Made by a program: the position numbers and the translations under genes
Assembly (NCBI RefSeq): GCF_049554935.1
Contig: NZ_CP186926.1
Location: 352,001-416,000, forward strand
DNA from: Methanocaldococcus indicus
Lineage (GTDB): Archaea > AGJL01 > Methanococci > Methanococcales > Methanocaldococcaceae
Direction of reading: 5' to 3'
Length of the DNA stretch: 64,000 nt
Part shown: piece after piece, positions 23,306 through 33,624 of the stretch
Layout of the letters: every line of letters begins with the position of its first letter
How positions within the stretch are numbered: position 1 is the first letter of the stretch
Notes under the pieces: generated by a model
Seen by the model: the letters and a program-made list of their open reading frames with translations, nothing else
What the model was told of the DNA's origin: nothing
The model's database searches: none

Positions 23306-24340
23306 ATGATGTCAAAAGTAATAACTAAATTCAGTGGTAAAGGTATATTACTAAATCAATATACTTTAAAAAATCCTGCTTTAAAATGGGAAAAATTAGA
23401 GATTATTTTATATGATGATAGTATTGAATTTATATTTCCAAATAAAAAGATGAGAATTAAATTAGAGTATATTGAAGATATTGGTGTAGAACTACCAAGA
23501 AAAGCTATAGAAATTGCAAAATCTGCATTAGAAGATATTACATACCATTCATCCATAATTTTCAATCCACCAGAAATGGAAAAAACAATGGTTGGTTTTG
23601 CTCCTGAAACTTCTATGTATGGTAGAAAACCACTTGATGCATTCTTAAGTAAGTTGTTTTATGTCCTTTTACACAAAAAACCTGTAAAAATACAGTATGC
23701 TGCAATGAAAGGAGGTTCTTTAGACCCAAATGCAAAATGGGAAGATGGGCAACTATACTTTATACAAAAGAAATCATCTGTTGGAGGTAGTAAAGAAATT
23801 TTAGTGGTTGTAGTATTTGAAGAAGAAAAACCTAAGGTATATAATGTATTTACAAATATAGAAGCAATGAGATTAAAAGAGAAAGTTATTGATGGAGAAA
23901 CAGTTGAGGCATTAGAAATTAAACAAGTAAAAAACAATGAAAGTATAACATCATACTTATATACTGATAATAAAACAAGATTATTTATTTTAAGATATTT
24001 AGCAAATCTTACAAAATATAAACATGCTGTAAAAGATTTATTACCAAAATCTGAAGATGAAATAATATCTGAATTTGCTGCTGAGGCATTCTCAGGAGAA
24101 AAAATTAAAAGTGAAATTGAAAAATTAAAACCTGAGGAACAAGAGATTTTAGTAGCTCTATACACTGGAATATCTTCATTAGAACTACCCACTATGTTGG
24201 GAATGGATGTAGATGAAGTAGAGAGAATATTAGATGACTTAATTGATAAAGGTTTATTAAGATTAGTTAGAGTTAGAAAAGAAGTTGAATTAAGTGAGAA
24301 AGGTAGAGCTATAACTAACTACTTAGTTTCCAACTTCTAA
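23306..24340 (+). CDS. CheF-like (DUF439) protein with C-terminal winged helix
   Basis: AMKGG...KWE motif and C-terminal ILVALYTG...L.EKGR recalled as CheF/DUF439 features; not searched. Confidence 0.6.
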   Translation: MMSKVITKFSGKGILLNQYTLKNPALKWEKLEIILYDDSIEFIFPNKKMRIKLEYIEDIGVELPRKAIEIAKSALEDITYHSSIIFNPPEMEKTMVGFAPETSMYGRKPLDAFLSKLFYVLLHKKPVKIQYAAMKGGSLDPNAKWEDGQLYFIQKKSSVGGSKEILVVVVFEEEKPKVYNVFTNIEAMRLKEKVIDGETVEALEIKQVKNNESITSYLYTDNKTRLFILRYLANLTKYKHAVKDLLPKSEDEIISEFAAEAFSGEKIKSEIEKLKPEEQEILVALYTGISSLELPTMLGMDVDEVERILDDLIDKGLLRLVRVRKEVELSEKGRAITNYLVSNF

Positions 24341-24922
24341 ATTATTATTTAATTTTTCTACAAACTTTCCAAATATAATTATAGAATAAAAAGATAACAA
24401 ACCAGAGATATATAAAGAAAATAAATAGATAATTATATTCTTAATAAAGATAGGGATAATTAAAACAAAAAAACTTAGAAGGACTAAGATACTAATTATA
24501 AAATAAGTTATAATCAATTCTTTAAAATATCCTTTTAAATACTCTAAAAATTCTTTTTTAAATAGCACAATCTTATTGTATGTTTTTAGATACTTCAAAG
24601 AAAAAGGTAAAAGTAATAATGTTATTTTAAGTATTATCAATGAGATTATTATTAAAAATACATCAATATAGATATTTAAGAAGTTTTTATTTGCCAATAT
24701 ATATAGTTCAATATCTAAAATTCCAATAAACATCAATATTAATGGAATTAGTATATATAAGAACATAACTACAAATACTTTAATCCCTAAGATAAATCTT
24801 CTAAAAAAATCTATTCTTGGAGTGACATCTATAAGAAAGCTTAAACACCAAAAGTTTAATATTGGAACATTTATGAGAATTCCACCCAATAGCAAGATTT
24901 TTAATAATTTCAAAAAACTCAC
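24323..24922 (-). CDS. Hypothetical multi-pass membrane protein (DUF4013-like)
   Basis: 199-aa ORF with about 5 hydrophobic segments. Confidence 0.55.
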   Translation of the reverse strand: MSFLKLLKILLLGGILINVPILNFWCLSFLIDVTPRIDFFRRFILGIKVFVVMFLYILIPLILMFIGILDIELYILANKNFLNIYIDVFLIIISLIILKITLLLLPFSLKYLKTYNKIVLFKKEFLEYLKGYFKELIITYFIISILVLLSFFVLIIPIFIKNIIIYLFSLYISGLLSFYSIIIFGKFVEKLNNNLEVGN

Positions 24923-24933
24923 CTAAGAAAATT

Positions 24934-25107
24934 ATGATTAAAGATATAGCATTTGAATTAGTAAGTAGTATTGTTATTGGATTGATTGTTGGTTATATAT
25001 TAGCCAAACATTTTAACAACAATATATTTATTCCTATATTTTTTATACTTGGAGTTATTTCTGGATTTTATAGAATTTACAAGTTTGTTAAAAATATTGA
25101 GCAATAA
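24934..25107 (+). CDS. Small 2-TM protein, AtpZ/AtpI-like (57 aa; not in ORF track)
   Basis: MIKDIAFELVSSIVIGLIVGYILAKHFNNNIFIPIFFILGVISGFYRIYKFVKNIEQ. Confidence 0.7.
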   Translation: MIKDIAFELVSSIVIGLIVGYILAKHFNNNIFIPIFFILGVISGFYRIYKFVKNIEQ

Positions 25108-25163
25108 AAATTTTATAATAAAATTTTATATATAATATATAAGACAAAATTTTGGTGATTATT

Positions 25164-25844
25164 ATGAATTTTATAAAATCAAAGAAAGGGGCAATAGGGA
25201 TAGGAACATTGATAATTTTTATAGCGTTGGTATTAGTTGCGTCAATAGCGGCTGCGGTAATTATAACCACAGCAGCAAACTTACAACACAAAGCAGCAAG
25301 AGTAGGTCAGGAATCTACCAAACAAGTCGCAAGTGGGCTCCAAGTTTTAAATGTTTATGGATATACATTTGATAAGCAGAAAATAGATAGAATGCTCATC
25401 ATTGTAACTCCAAATGTTGGAGGAGAAATTGACTTAAGTACTACAATAGTAACAATCTCTAATGGTGTAAAAAAAGTATCCTTAGTTTATTACAACGGTT
25501 CATACTACTATGACTCAGCAATAGAAGGAATTGATGGATTATTTACTTCAACTGTAGCAAATGATAGTGTTTGGACTCCATTAGCTAATGCCATAACAGA
25601 TGATAATGCATACTTCGGAGTTATAGTTATCCAAGATGCAGATGGTTCAACTAATAATACAGCTCATCCAACTATAAACTTTGGAGATAAAGTAGCTTTA
25701 GCTATAGATTTAGATAAAATAGGATTACCAATATATCCAAGACAACATATTTATGGAGAGGTTATTCCAGAATATGGTGCTTCAGGAATTATTGACTTCT
25801 ATGCTCCATCATCATTTAATACAAATGTAGTTGTTTTACAATAA
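25164..25844 (+). CDS. flaB: Archaellin (archaeal flagellin)
   Basis: Class III signal KKG/AIGIGTLIIFIALVLVA, C-terminal GEVIPEYGA...VVVLQ. Confidence 0.95.
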   Translation: MNFIKSKKGAIGIGTLIIFIALVLVASIAAAVIITTAANLQHKAARVGQESTKQVASGLQVLNVYGYTFDKQKIDRMLIIVTPNVGGEIDLSTTIVTISNGVKKVSLVYYNGSYYYDSAIEGIDGLFTSTVANDSVWTPLANAITDDNAYFGVIVIQDADGSTNNTAHPTINFGDKVALAIDLDKIGLPIYPRQHIYGEVIPEYGASGIIDFYAPSSFNTNVVVLQ

Positions 25845-25915
25845 AAATCTTAATTTTTTAATCATTTATTTATTTGATTTTCAATTTAATAAAAATTCTT
25901 TTTTTGGTGTTGTTT

Positions 25916-26782
25916 ATGAAAATTGTTCCATTAGCTTGTGAGAGTTTAGGAGTCAGAAGTATGGCTACTTATGTTGAAACAGATAATTTAAAAATAGTAA
26001 TTGACCCAGGAGTTGCTATAGCTCCAGATAGATACAGATTAGAGCCAAATGAAGAAGAATTTAGAAGATTGAAAGAATTAAGAGAAATAATAAATAAATG
26101 TTGCTTAGATTCTGATATAATAATCATTTCTCACTACCATTATGACCACTACACTCCATTTTTTGATGATATTTATTTGGAATCAAAAGATTATGCCTCT
26201 AAGATATATAAAGATAAAATTTTATTAATTAAGCATCCTGAAGAATTTATAAATGAAAGCCAAAGAAAAAGGGCCAAAGAATTTTTAGAAAATGTTAAAA
26301 ACTTAGCTAAAAAAATAGAGTATGCAGATGGAAAAGAATTTAAATTTGGAAATACAAGGATAAAATTCTCTAAACCAATACCTCATGGAAAAGATGATAA
26401 ATTAGGATATGTTATTATGACCTTAATAGATGATAATAAGACAAAATTTTTACACACATCAGATATTCAAGGAATTCTGTATGAAGATGTTATGGACTTT
26501 ATTTTAAAAGAGAAACCAAATATTATATATTTAGGAGGGCCACCAACATATCTAATGTTTAGGTATGGAAAGAAAAACTTAGAGAAAACAAATAAGTTTT
26601 TAAAGGAAATTGTAGAAAAATTGAATCCTATAATTATTATAGACCATCATCTCCTTAGAGACAAAAAATTTAGAGAGAAGATTGATATTGAGTTTAAAAC
26701 TTCTGCTGAATTCTTAGGAAAGGATAATATTTTATTAGAGGCTTATAGAAAAGATATAAGAAATGGAAAAATAAAGTTTTAG
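25916..26782 (+). CDS. MBL-fold metallohydrolase (UPF0282)
   Basis: ESLGVRSMA, SHYHYDH, DHHLLRD. Confidence 0.85.
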   Translation: MKIVPLACESLGVRSMATYVETDNLKIVIDPGVAIAPDRYRLEPNEEEFRRLKELREIINKCCLDSDIIIISHYHYDHYTPFFDDIYLESKDYASKIYKDKILLIKHPEEFINESQRKRAKEFLENVKNLAKKIEYADGKEFKFGNTRIKFSKPIPHGKDDKLGYVIMTLIDDNKTKFLHTSDIQGILYEDVMDFILKEKPNIIYLGGPPTYLMFRYGKKNLEKTNKFLKEIVEKLNPIIIIDHHLLRDKKFREKIDIEFKTSAEFLGKDNILLEAYRKDIRNGKIKF

Positions 26783-26792
26783 GAGGGATTAG

Positions 26793-28169
26793 ATGTTTAA
26801 ACCAGAGGAGATAATTGAAACTATTAAAATGATTAAATTGGAGAACTTAGATTTAAGAACTGTAACTTTGGGAATATCTTTGTTAGATTGCTCAACTGAT
26901 GATATTGATAAGTTAAAAGAAAACATATACAATAAAATTGTTTCTTCAGCTGAAAATTTAGTTCCAGTATGTATAAAAGTAGAAGAAAAATATGGTGTCC
27001 CAATAGTTAATAAGAGGATATCTGTAACACCAATATCATTAATTGTTGGGAGAGCTATAAAAGATTTTGAATATGAAGAAAGAATAAAATGCTTAGTTGA
27101 GATAGGAAAAACATTAGATAAAGCAGCTAAGGAGGTAGGTGTTGATTTTTTAGGGGGATATTCTGCATTAGTTCATAAAGATTCTACTTTTGCTGATAAG
27201 GCATTAATTGATTCTATTCCATACATGATGGAAAAAACTGAAAGAGTGTGCTCTTCTATAAATGTTGCTTCTACAAAAACTGGAATAAATATGGATGCTG
27301 TAAAGAGGATGGGAGAAATAATAAAAGAGACTGCATATAGGACAGAGAAAGCTATTGGTTGTGCTAAACTTGTTGTATTTGCAAATGTTCCTGAAGATAA
27401 TCCATTTATGGCTGGAGCATTTCATGGAGTTGGAGAAGGAGACAAGGCTATAAATATTGGAATATCTGGACCAGGAGTTGTTAGGGCAGTTGTAGAAAGA
27501 TTAAAAGATGCTGATTTAGGAACATTGGCAAATGAAATTAAAAAGACAGCATTTAAGATTACAAGAGTTGGAGAACTAATTGGTAGGGAAGTTTCTAAAG
27601 AACTAAATGTTAAATTTGGAATAATTGATTTATCATTAGCTCCTACACCAGCAAAAGGAGATAGTGTAGCTAATATCTTAGAAGCTATGGGATTAGAGAA
27701 ATGTGGAACACATGGAACAACAGCAGCATTAGCTTTATTAAATGATGCTGTTAAAAAAGGAGGAGCTATGGCAACAAGTTATGTAGGAGGTTTAAGTGGA
27801 GCTTTCATCCCTGTAAGTGAAGATAGTGGGATGGTAGAGGCAGTTAAAGCTGGGGCTTTAAGTTTAGATAAGTTGGAAGCAATGACTTGTGTATGTTCTG
27901 TTGGTATAGATATGGTAGCAATTCCAGGGGATACTCCAGCAACAACAATATCAGCAATTATAGCAGATGAGATGGCTATTGGAGTTATAAACAACAAGAC
28001 AACTGCTGTGAGAATTATTCCTATTCCAAATGCTAAGGAAGGAGATGAAGTAGATTATGGAGGATTGTTAGGGAAAGCTATTGTTATGAAAGTAAATAAA
28101 TATTCTTCTGAGAAGTTTATAAAAAGAGGAGGAAGAATTCCAGCACCAATACAAGCATTAACTAATTAA
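26793..28169 (+). CDS. UPF0210 / DUF711 (PFL-like) protein
   Basis: [43 protein letters not shown]. Confidence 0.9.
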   Translation: MFKPEEIIETIKMIKLENLDLRTVTLGISLLDCSTDDIDKLKENIYNKIVSSAENLVPVCIKVEEKYGVPIVNKRISVTPISLIVGRAIKDFEYEERIKCLVEIGKTLDKAAKEVGVDFLGGYSALVHKDSTFADKALIDSIPYMMEKTERVCSSINVASTKTGINMDAVKRMGEIIKETAYRTEKAIGCAKLVVFANVPEDNPFMAGAFHGVGEGDKAINIGISGPGVVRAVVERLKDADLGTLANEIKKTAFKITRVGELIGREVSKELNVKFGIIDLSLAPTPAKGDSVANILEAMGLEKCGTHGTTAALALLNDAVKKGGAMATSYVGGLSGAFIPVSEDSGMVEAVKAGALSLDKLEAMTCVCSVGIDMVAIPGDTPATTISAIIADEMAIGVINNKTTAVRIIPIPNAKEGDEVDYGGLLGKAIVMKVNKYSSEKFIKRGGRIPAPIQALTN

Positions 28170-28192
28170 TAACTAATTAATAGAGTGAGAAT

Positions 28193-29614
28193 ATGGAACT
28201 ATTTTTTAAACTTAAAGAAAAAATAAAAGAAAAGGATGTTATAACTCCAAAAGAGATGGCTATAATTGATGACAATGCAGAATACTTAGGAGTTAGCAAA
28301 CTACAACTTATGGAAAATGCTGGAAAGGCAGTTTATGATGAAATTAAAAATATTAATAAATATCCTATTATCTTCTGTGGGACTGGAAACAATGGAGGAG
28401 ATGGTTTTGTTGTTGCAAGATTTTTGAATAGAGGAGAAGTTATTTTATTGGGTAAGGAAGAGGATATAAAAACTTATGAAGCAAGAGAAAACTTCAAAAT
28501 ATTAAAAAATCTTTCTATCTTTGGAAATATAAAAGTTAGGGAAGTTAAACAACTTAATGAGTTAGAAGATATATTCAAAAGGTTAGAAAAAGATGATATT
28601 TTAGTTGTTGATGCTATGCTTGGTACTGGTGTTAGAGGAGAATTAAGAGAGCCATATAAAACTGTTGTTGAAAAAATAAACTTATGTAAAGAAAAAAACA
28701 AAAATTTATATGTTGTAAGTGTTGATATTGAGACAGGAGATTTAAAATCTGATTTAGTTGTAACTTTCCATAAGAAAAAAACAATTAACAAAAAAGAGCC
28801 TGTTGTTAAAGAGATAGGCATTCCAAAAGAAGCTGAGTATATTGTTGGTTTTGGAGATTTAAGAGCTTTAAATAAAGAAAGAGGCAAACATAAAGGAAAG
28901 AATGGAAAGGTATTAATTGTTGGAGGAAGTAAGGATTATTTTGGAGCTCCTATTTTATCTGGATTAGTAAGTTTAAAATTTGTTGATTTAGTTGGGATTT
29001 TCTCAGTTAAGAAGGTTATAGAAAAAATAGAGAATCCACAATTTATTTGTTACTCAGTTGATGATGAGTATCTCTCAGTTGATTGTTTAGATTATCTCTT
29101 AGATATTTCTAAAAAGTATGATGTTATTGTATTGGGAAATGGTTTAGGAATTAATGAAAAAACTAAGGAATTTGTAAATAAATTCTTAGAGGAAACCAAT
29201 AAAAAGGTTGTTATTGATGCAGATGCTATAAAAATGATTGATTATGAAAAATTTGAATTTGAAGATAGATTTATATTTACACCACATAAAAAAGAATTTG
29301 AATATATAAAATTTAATATTGAAGAGCTTTATTCAACAATACTTTTAAAAGGTGAAAAAGATATAATATTTAACTGTGAAAATATAAAAATAAATATAAC
29401 TGGAAATTCTGGACTTACAAAAGGAGGAACTGGAGATGTTTTAGCTGGATTAACTGGCTCATTATTTGTTAAAAATGATGCCTTCCTTTCTGCATGTTGT
29501 TCAGCATTTATATTGGGATATGCTGGTGATTTATTATTAAAAGAAAAAGGATACAACTATACAACTTTGGAAGTTATTGAAAAGATTCCTAATGTTATAA
29601 AGTTGTTTATGTGA
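28193..29614 (+). CDS. nnr: Bifunctional NAD(P)H-hydrate epimerase/dehydratase
   Basis: LMENAG, GNNGGDG, HKG.NG, TPHKKEF, GGTGDVLAG. Confidence 0.92.
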   Translation: MELFFKLKEKIKEKDVITPKEMAIIDDNAEYLGVSKLQLMENAGKAVYDEIKNINKYPIIFCGTGNNGGDGFVVARFLNRGEVILLGKEEDIKTYEARENFKILKNLSIFGNIKVREVKQLNELEDIFKRLEKDDILVVDAMLGTGVRGELREPYKTVVEKINLCKEKNKNLYVVSVDIETGDLKSDLVVTFHKKKTINKKEPVVKEIGIPKEAEYIVGFGDLRALNKERGKHKGKNGKVLIVGGSKDYFGAPILSGLVSLKFVDLVGIFSVKKVIEKIENPQFICYSVDDEYLSVDCLDYLLDISKKYDVIVLGNGLGINEKTKEFVNKFLEETNKKVVIDADAIKMIDYEKFEFEDRFIFTPHKKEFEYIKFNIEELYSTILLKGEKDIIFNCENIKINITGNSGLTKGGTGDVLAGLTGSLFVKNDAFLSACCSAFILGYAGDLLLKEKGYNYTTLEVIEKIPNVIKLFM

Positions 29615-29618
29615 AAGT

Positions 29619-30476
29619 ATGAAAGCTGATTTACATATTCATTCTAAGTATTCTGGTGTTGGAGGATATTGGAAATTAAAATATTTGGATTCAGTTGAAG
29701 AACCAAGAACAATATTAAAATATGCTAAAAAGAAAGGTTTAGATGTTATTGCTGTAACTGACCACAACACTATAAAAGGAGGAATAGAGACAAAAAAATT
29801 ATCTAAGGAGTTTGGAATAGATGTTATTGTTGGTTCAGAAATAATGTCAAAAGATGGAGAGATAATTGGGCTGTTTTTAAATGAAGAAATACCAAAAGGA
29901 TTATCTGCTGAGGAAACTATTGAATTAATTAAAGAGCAAGGAGGTTTAGCTATAGCACCCCATCCATATAGCCCAATATGCAAAGCGTTGGGAGACAAGA
30001 TTTTTGAGTTAGATTTGGATGGAGTTGAAGTGTTTAATGCATATCATAGAGATGGAATAATAAATAACATTGCATTAAGTAAAGTTATAAAAAACTATCA
30101 TAAAAAGCCATTTGCATTTATTGGAAGTAGTGATGCACATATATCTAAAATGATAGGTAATGCATATACACTATTTGAGGGAAATTCAGTAGATGATTTA
30201 TATAAAGCTATAAAGAATAGAAGAACATCATTTTATGGAAAACCAACACCTCTTCATCAAATAATATTATGGAGCTATAAGGTTGTATATGAAGGAGAGA
30301 AAAAGCTTTTAAAATCTTTTATATTGGAGGAAAATATAAAGTTCTATAAAAAAGTTTTAGGAGTTGTTAGTGGAGCTATATATTTAACAACACCACTCCC
30401 TATAATATCAGGAATTTTAGGGAATTACTACTTAAAATGGAAAGCTAAAAGAGTATTTTCAAACCTTACTCTTTAA
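29619..30476 (+). CDS. PHP-domain metal-dependent phosphoesterase
   Basis: DLHIHS, TDHN, PHP, SSDAH. Confidence 0.88.
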   Translation: MKADLHIHSKYSGVGGYWKLKYLDSVEEPRTILKYAKKKGLDVIAVTDHNTIKGGIETKKLSKEFGIDVIVGSEIMSKDGEIIGLFLNEEIPKGLSAEETIELIKEQGGLAIAPHPYSPICKALGDKIFELDLDGVEVFNAYHRDGIINNIALSKVIKNYHKKPFAFIGSSDAHISKMIGNAYTLFEGNSVDDLYKAIKNRRTSFYGKPTPLHQIILWSYKVVYEGEKKLLKSFILEENIKFYKKVLGVVSGAIYLTTPLPIISGILGNYYLKWKAKRVFSNLTL

Positions 30477-31164
30477 TAATTTCTACACCATATCTAACAA
30501 CATTGTCATTCATTAAGTATTCTCTATACTCACAAATCTTTCTTAATGTAGTTAATATTTTCCAGGAATATTCTCTATCAACTAATGTATTTAAAAATGC
30601 TCTAATATCATAAGAATTTTTTATAGTATATTTATCATAACAATCAGTTGAGACAACAACAGGAGTATCATATTTTTTAGCTAATTTTAGATTTCTTCTA
30701 AAAAATATGAGTTGTCTTGCTCTTTCATATGCATCTTTTTTTAATAGATATCCAAAATTTATCTCAATAGCTACTCTATGCTCACTGGCAAATCTTGCTA
30801 AAACATGGTCTATTCCACTATCTAATCTATTTAATTCAGGAGTTGAAAGAATATCAACATCATGCATCTCTACTGCATATCTGTTTATATCTAAGTTTCC
30901 TCCTTCAACCATTACAATATGACACTTATCTCTAAACTTTTTTACTTTCTTTCTAAGTTCTTTCTTTTTTTCAGCTCTTATCTTTACTCCACAATACACT
31001 TTTAAGTTTAATCTCTTAGCTATTTCACTAACTTCATAATATTTGTCTTTGGAAAAATCTTCACAATACTGATAATAAACAAAACCATTCCAATTAAATT
31101 TTTTAAATAGTTTTAAATCTTCCTCATTATTTAAAGTATTTATGTCCATTACCATTATTACCAT
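30466..31164 (-). CDS. rnp3: Ribonuclease P protein component 3 (Rpp30)
   Basis: GGNLDINRYAVE...VDIL...GIDHVLA...VAIEIN. Confidence 0.9.
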   Translation of the reverse strand: MVIMVMDINTLNNEEDLKLFKKFNWNGFVYYQYCEDFSKDKYYEVSEIAKRLNLKVYCGVKIRAEKKKELRKKVKKFRDKCHIVMVEGGNLDINRYAVEMHDVDILSTPELNRLDSGIDHVLARFASEHRVAIEINFGYLLKKDAYERARQLIFFRRNLKLAKKYDTPVVVSTDCYDKYTIKNSYDIRAFLNTLVDREYSWKILTTLRKICEYREYLMNDNVVRYGVEIIKE

Positions 31165-31402
31165 TGTTAATGCTCTCTACTAAATTTAATAAATATTTAA
31201 GATGTCCATTTTGGTCAATATAGAACATAATTTTATCTACAATATCATTATCATAATTTTTTAACAATCTATATATAATTAATGCTTTTAGACAATTGGA
31301 TTCTAAATTTTTGTCTATATATGCTATTTGTTTTATTAGTTTATCTATAACTATTATTTCTTCTAATTCATTTTTACCATTAGGGTCATTATCACATAAC
31401 AT
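31127..31402 (-). CDS. Hypothetical protein
   Basis: 91-aa ORF preceded by a GTGA-like RBS; no recognisable motif. Confidence 0.5.
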   Translation of the reverse strand: MLCDNDPNGKNELEEIIVIDKLIKQIAYIDKNLESNCLKALIIYRLLKNYDNDIVDKIMFYIDQNGHLKYLLNLVESINNGNNGNGHKYFK

Positions 31403-31561
31403 TGTATCACAATAAATAATTATGGTAAGTCATCATTAATATAATTTATTTGCAATTTTCTATATAGATGCTTATGTAGGTTTTTGTAGAAACTCTATTG
31501 CACAATATATATTAAAATATTTATTAAAATTGTAAATATGTGTATATTAGATTTACTAATA

Positions 31562-32614
31562 TTATGTGTGGATATTAAATTTTATATTATGTCCATACAA
31601 AAACAATAAAGCTGAGGCAGTAAGTTTTTTACTTTTGTTTGTATATTTTTTACCATTAATTTCTATTGAAAATTTTTTGTTATCAACAATATCAACATCA
31701 AAGAATATATTTTCAAACTCTTCAAATATTGCATCTTTTAATGGATTAAAAGTTTTTAACTCTTTATATGTGAGCTCTTTAACAATAAATCCAGTATATC
31801 CATGGAGTGAGTTAATAACTCTCAGTAATCTAATATCATCTTCCATAACTTTCTTATCTAACTCAATACTCTTCAATTCTTCAATAGTTTTATATATTTT
31901 ATTTTGTGTAGTTTCCTTATATTTCTTTATAATGCTTTCTAAATTTTTATTATTAAGAAATTTTTTTTCATTCTTTATTATTCCTTTTTCCTTTAATTTT
32001 TTGGCTATTCTTCTTCTCCAACCAAATCCAACATTTTTTAATGTTAAGTTCTCTCCCAATATATATGATGTTAAAAATCTTCTTTCATCTTTTGAGTAAT
32101 GTTCAATAATCTCTTTAATATTTTCATTTTTAGGAGAGAGATATATATGGTATCCTCTATTACCACTAAAAACTATTTTTATATCTTCTTCATCAAATCC
32201 AAAGTCAGGAAATAAAAACTCTTCAATTAAATAAAGAGTTTGCTTTTTTCCTTCTTCTAAGCAATATTTGCATATCCAATTGTCATCATGATTACATCTC
32301 TTAGTTTTCTTAATATCCAAATCAAAGGCAATCTCTCTTCTAATAACTCCCTTCTTATCAGCACCACCTGAATTAGAAGGATATCTCATTATTGCCAATG
32401 ATTTATATATATGATAAGGAACAATATTTAAAATCCAACTTTTATATTCTTTCTCATTTTTAAAAGATATGTTTCTATTATCAACTTTATTCTTTTTTCC
32501 ATATCCAAATTCTCTATACTCAATAAACTCTGGAACTTCTAAAATATTGTTTTTTATAGCATATAGATAATATTTTTTATACAATCTGTTTATTATATTC
32601 TCCATAAATCTCAC
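31562..32614 (-). CDS. priS: DNA primase small (catalytic) subunit
   Basis: REFG, FDLD, C-H-C-C Zn motif, FSGNRGYH, RLLR...SLHG. Confidence 0.93.
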   Translation of the reverse strand: MRFMENIINRLYKKYYLYAIKNNILEVPEFIEYREFGYGKKNKVDNRNISFKNEKEYKSWILNIVPYHIYKSLAIMRYPSNSGGADKKGVIRREIAFDLDIKKTKRCNHDDNWICKYCLEEGKKQTLYLIEEFLFPDFGFDEEDIKIVFSGNRGYHIYLSPKNENIKEIIEHYSKDERRFLTSYILGENLTLKNVGFGWRRRIAKKLKEKGIIKNEKKFLNNKNLESIIKKYKETTQNKIYKTIEELKSIELDKKVMEDDIRLLRVINSLHGYTGFIVKELTYKELKTFNPLKDAIFEEFENIFFDVDIVDNKKFSIEINGKKYTNKSKKLTASALLFLYGHNIKFNIHT

Positions 32615-32616
32615 AG

Positions 32617-33624
32617 GTGAAAATTTTGATTTTAGGTTTAGATATTGGTGGAGCTAATACTAAAATAACTCTCTTAGATAATAACTCTTATCATATAGAA
32701 TCTAAATATTTGCCTTTTTGGAAAGATAAGGAAAAATTAAAAGATATTTTGAAAGATTATAATCCTGACTATGTAGGATTAGTTTTTACAGCAGAATTAG
32801 CTGATTGCTATAAAACAAAAAAAGAAGGAGTTTTAGATATTATAACCAAAATCAAAAGTGTATTTAATTGCCCAATATATATTTTAGATGTTAATGGTAA
32901 TTTTTTAACACCTGAGGAAGCTATAAAAAACTATTTAAATGTTTCTGCGAGTAATTGGGTTGCATCAGCTAAATTTATCTCTGAATTTGTTAAAGAGAGT
33001 TGTATATTTGTAGATATGGGCTCAACAACAACAGATATAATTCCCATAAAAGATAAAAATATATTAGCTGAAAAAACAGATTTAGATAGATTGATGAATA
33101 ATCAACTCCTCTATGTAGGGACTTTAAGGACTCCACTACATTTTTTAGCTAATAAAATAAAATTTAGAAATAGATTAACAAATATATCCTCTGAATATTT
33201 TTCAATAACAGCAGACATTTCCTTAATTTTAGGTAAGATATCTATTGATGATTATACATGTGATACTCCTGACAATGGAAAAAAAGATTTAGATGGATGT
33301 TTAACAAGATTAGCAAGGGTTTTATGTGCTGATAGAGAGTTAATATGTGATGATGAACTAATTTACTTGGCAAAAACCTTTTACAATAAACTTATAAACC
33401 TAATTAAAGAGGAAGTAGATAGTAATATAAAGAGATATAATATAGATGATATAGTTATAACTGGTTTGGGAGAGGAGATATTAAAAGATGCTTTAAAAGG
33501 ATATAATATAGTATCAATAAAAGAAAAATACAATAAGGAGGTGTCATTAGCTTTACCAAGTTTTTCTGTTGCTAATCTATTAAAACTATTTCTTGATTCC
33601 AAAGAAGTTAATCATTCCAATTAA
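32617..33624 (+). CDS. mfnF: Hydantoinase/oxoprolinase-family protein, probable methanofuran synthesis MfnF
   Basis: [41 protein letters not shown]. Confidence 0.75.
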   Translation: MKILILGLDIGGANTKITLLDNNSYHIESKYLPFWKDKEKLKDILKDYNPDYVGLVFTAELADCYKTKKEGVLDIITKIKSVFNCPIYILDVNGNFLTPEEAIKNYLNVSASNWVASAKFISEFVKESCIFVDMGSTTTDIIPIKDKNILAEKTDLDRLMNNQLLYVGTLRTPLHFLANKIKFRNRLTNISSEYFSITADISLILGKISIDDYTCDTPDNGKKDLDGCLTRLARVLCADRELICDDELIYLAKTFYNKLINLIKEEVDSNIKRYNIDDIVITGLGEEILKDALKGYNIVSIKEKYNKEVSLALPSFSVANLLKLFLDSKEVNHSN

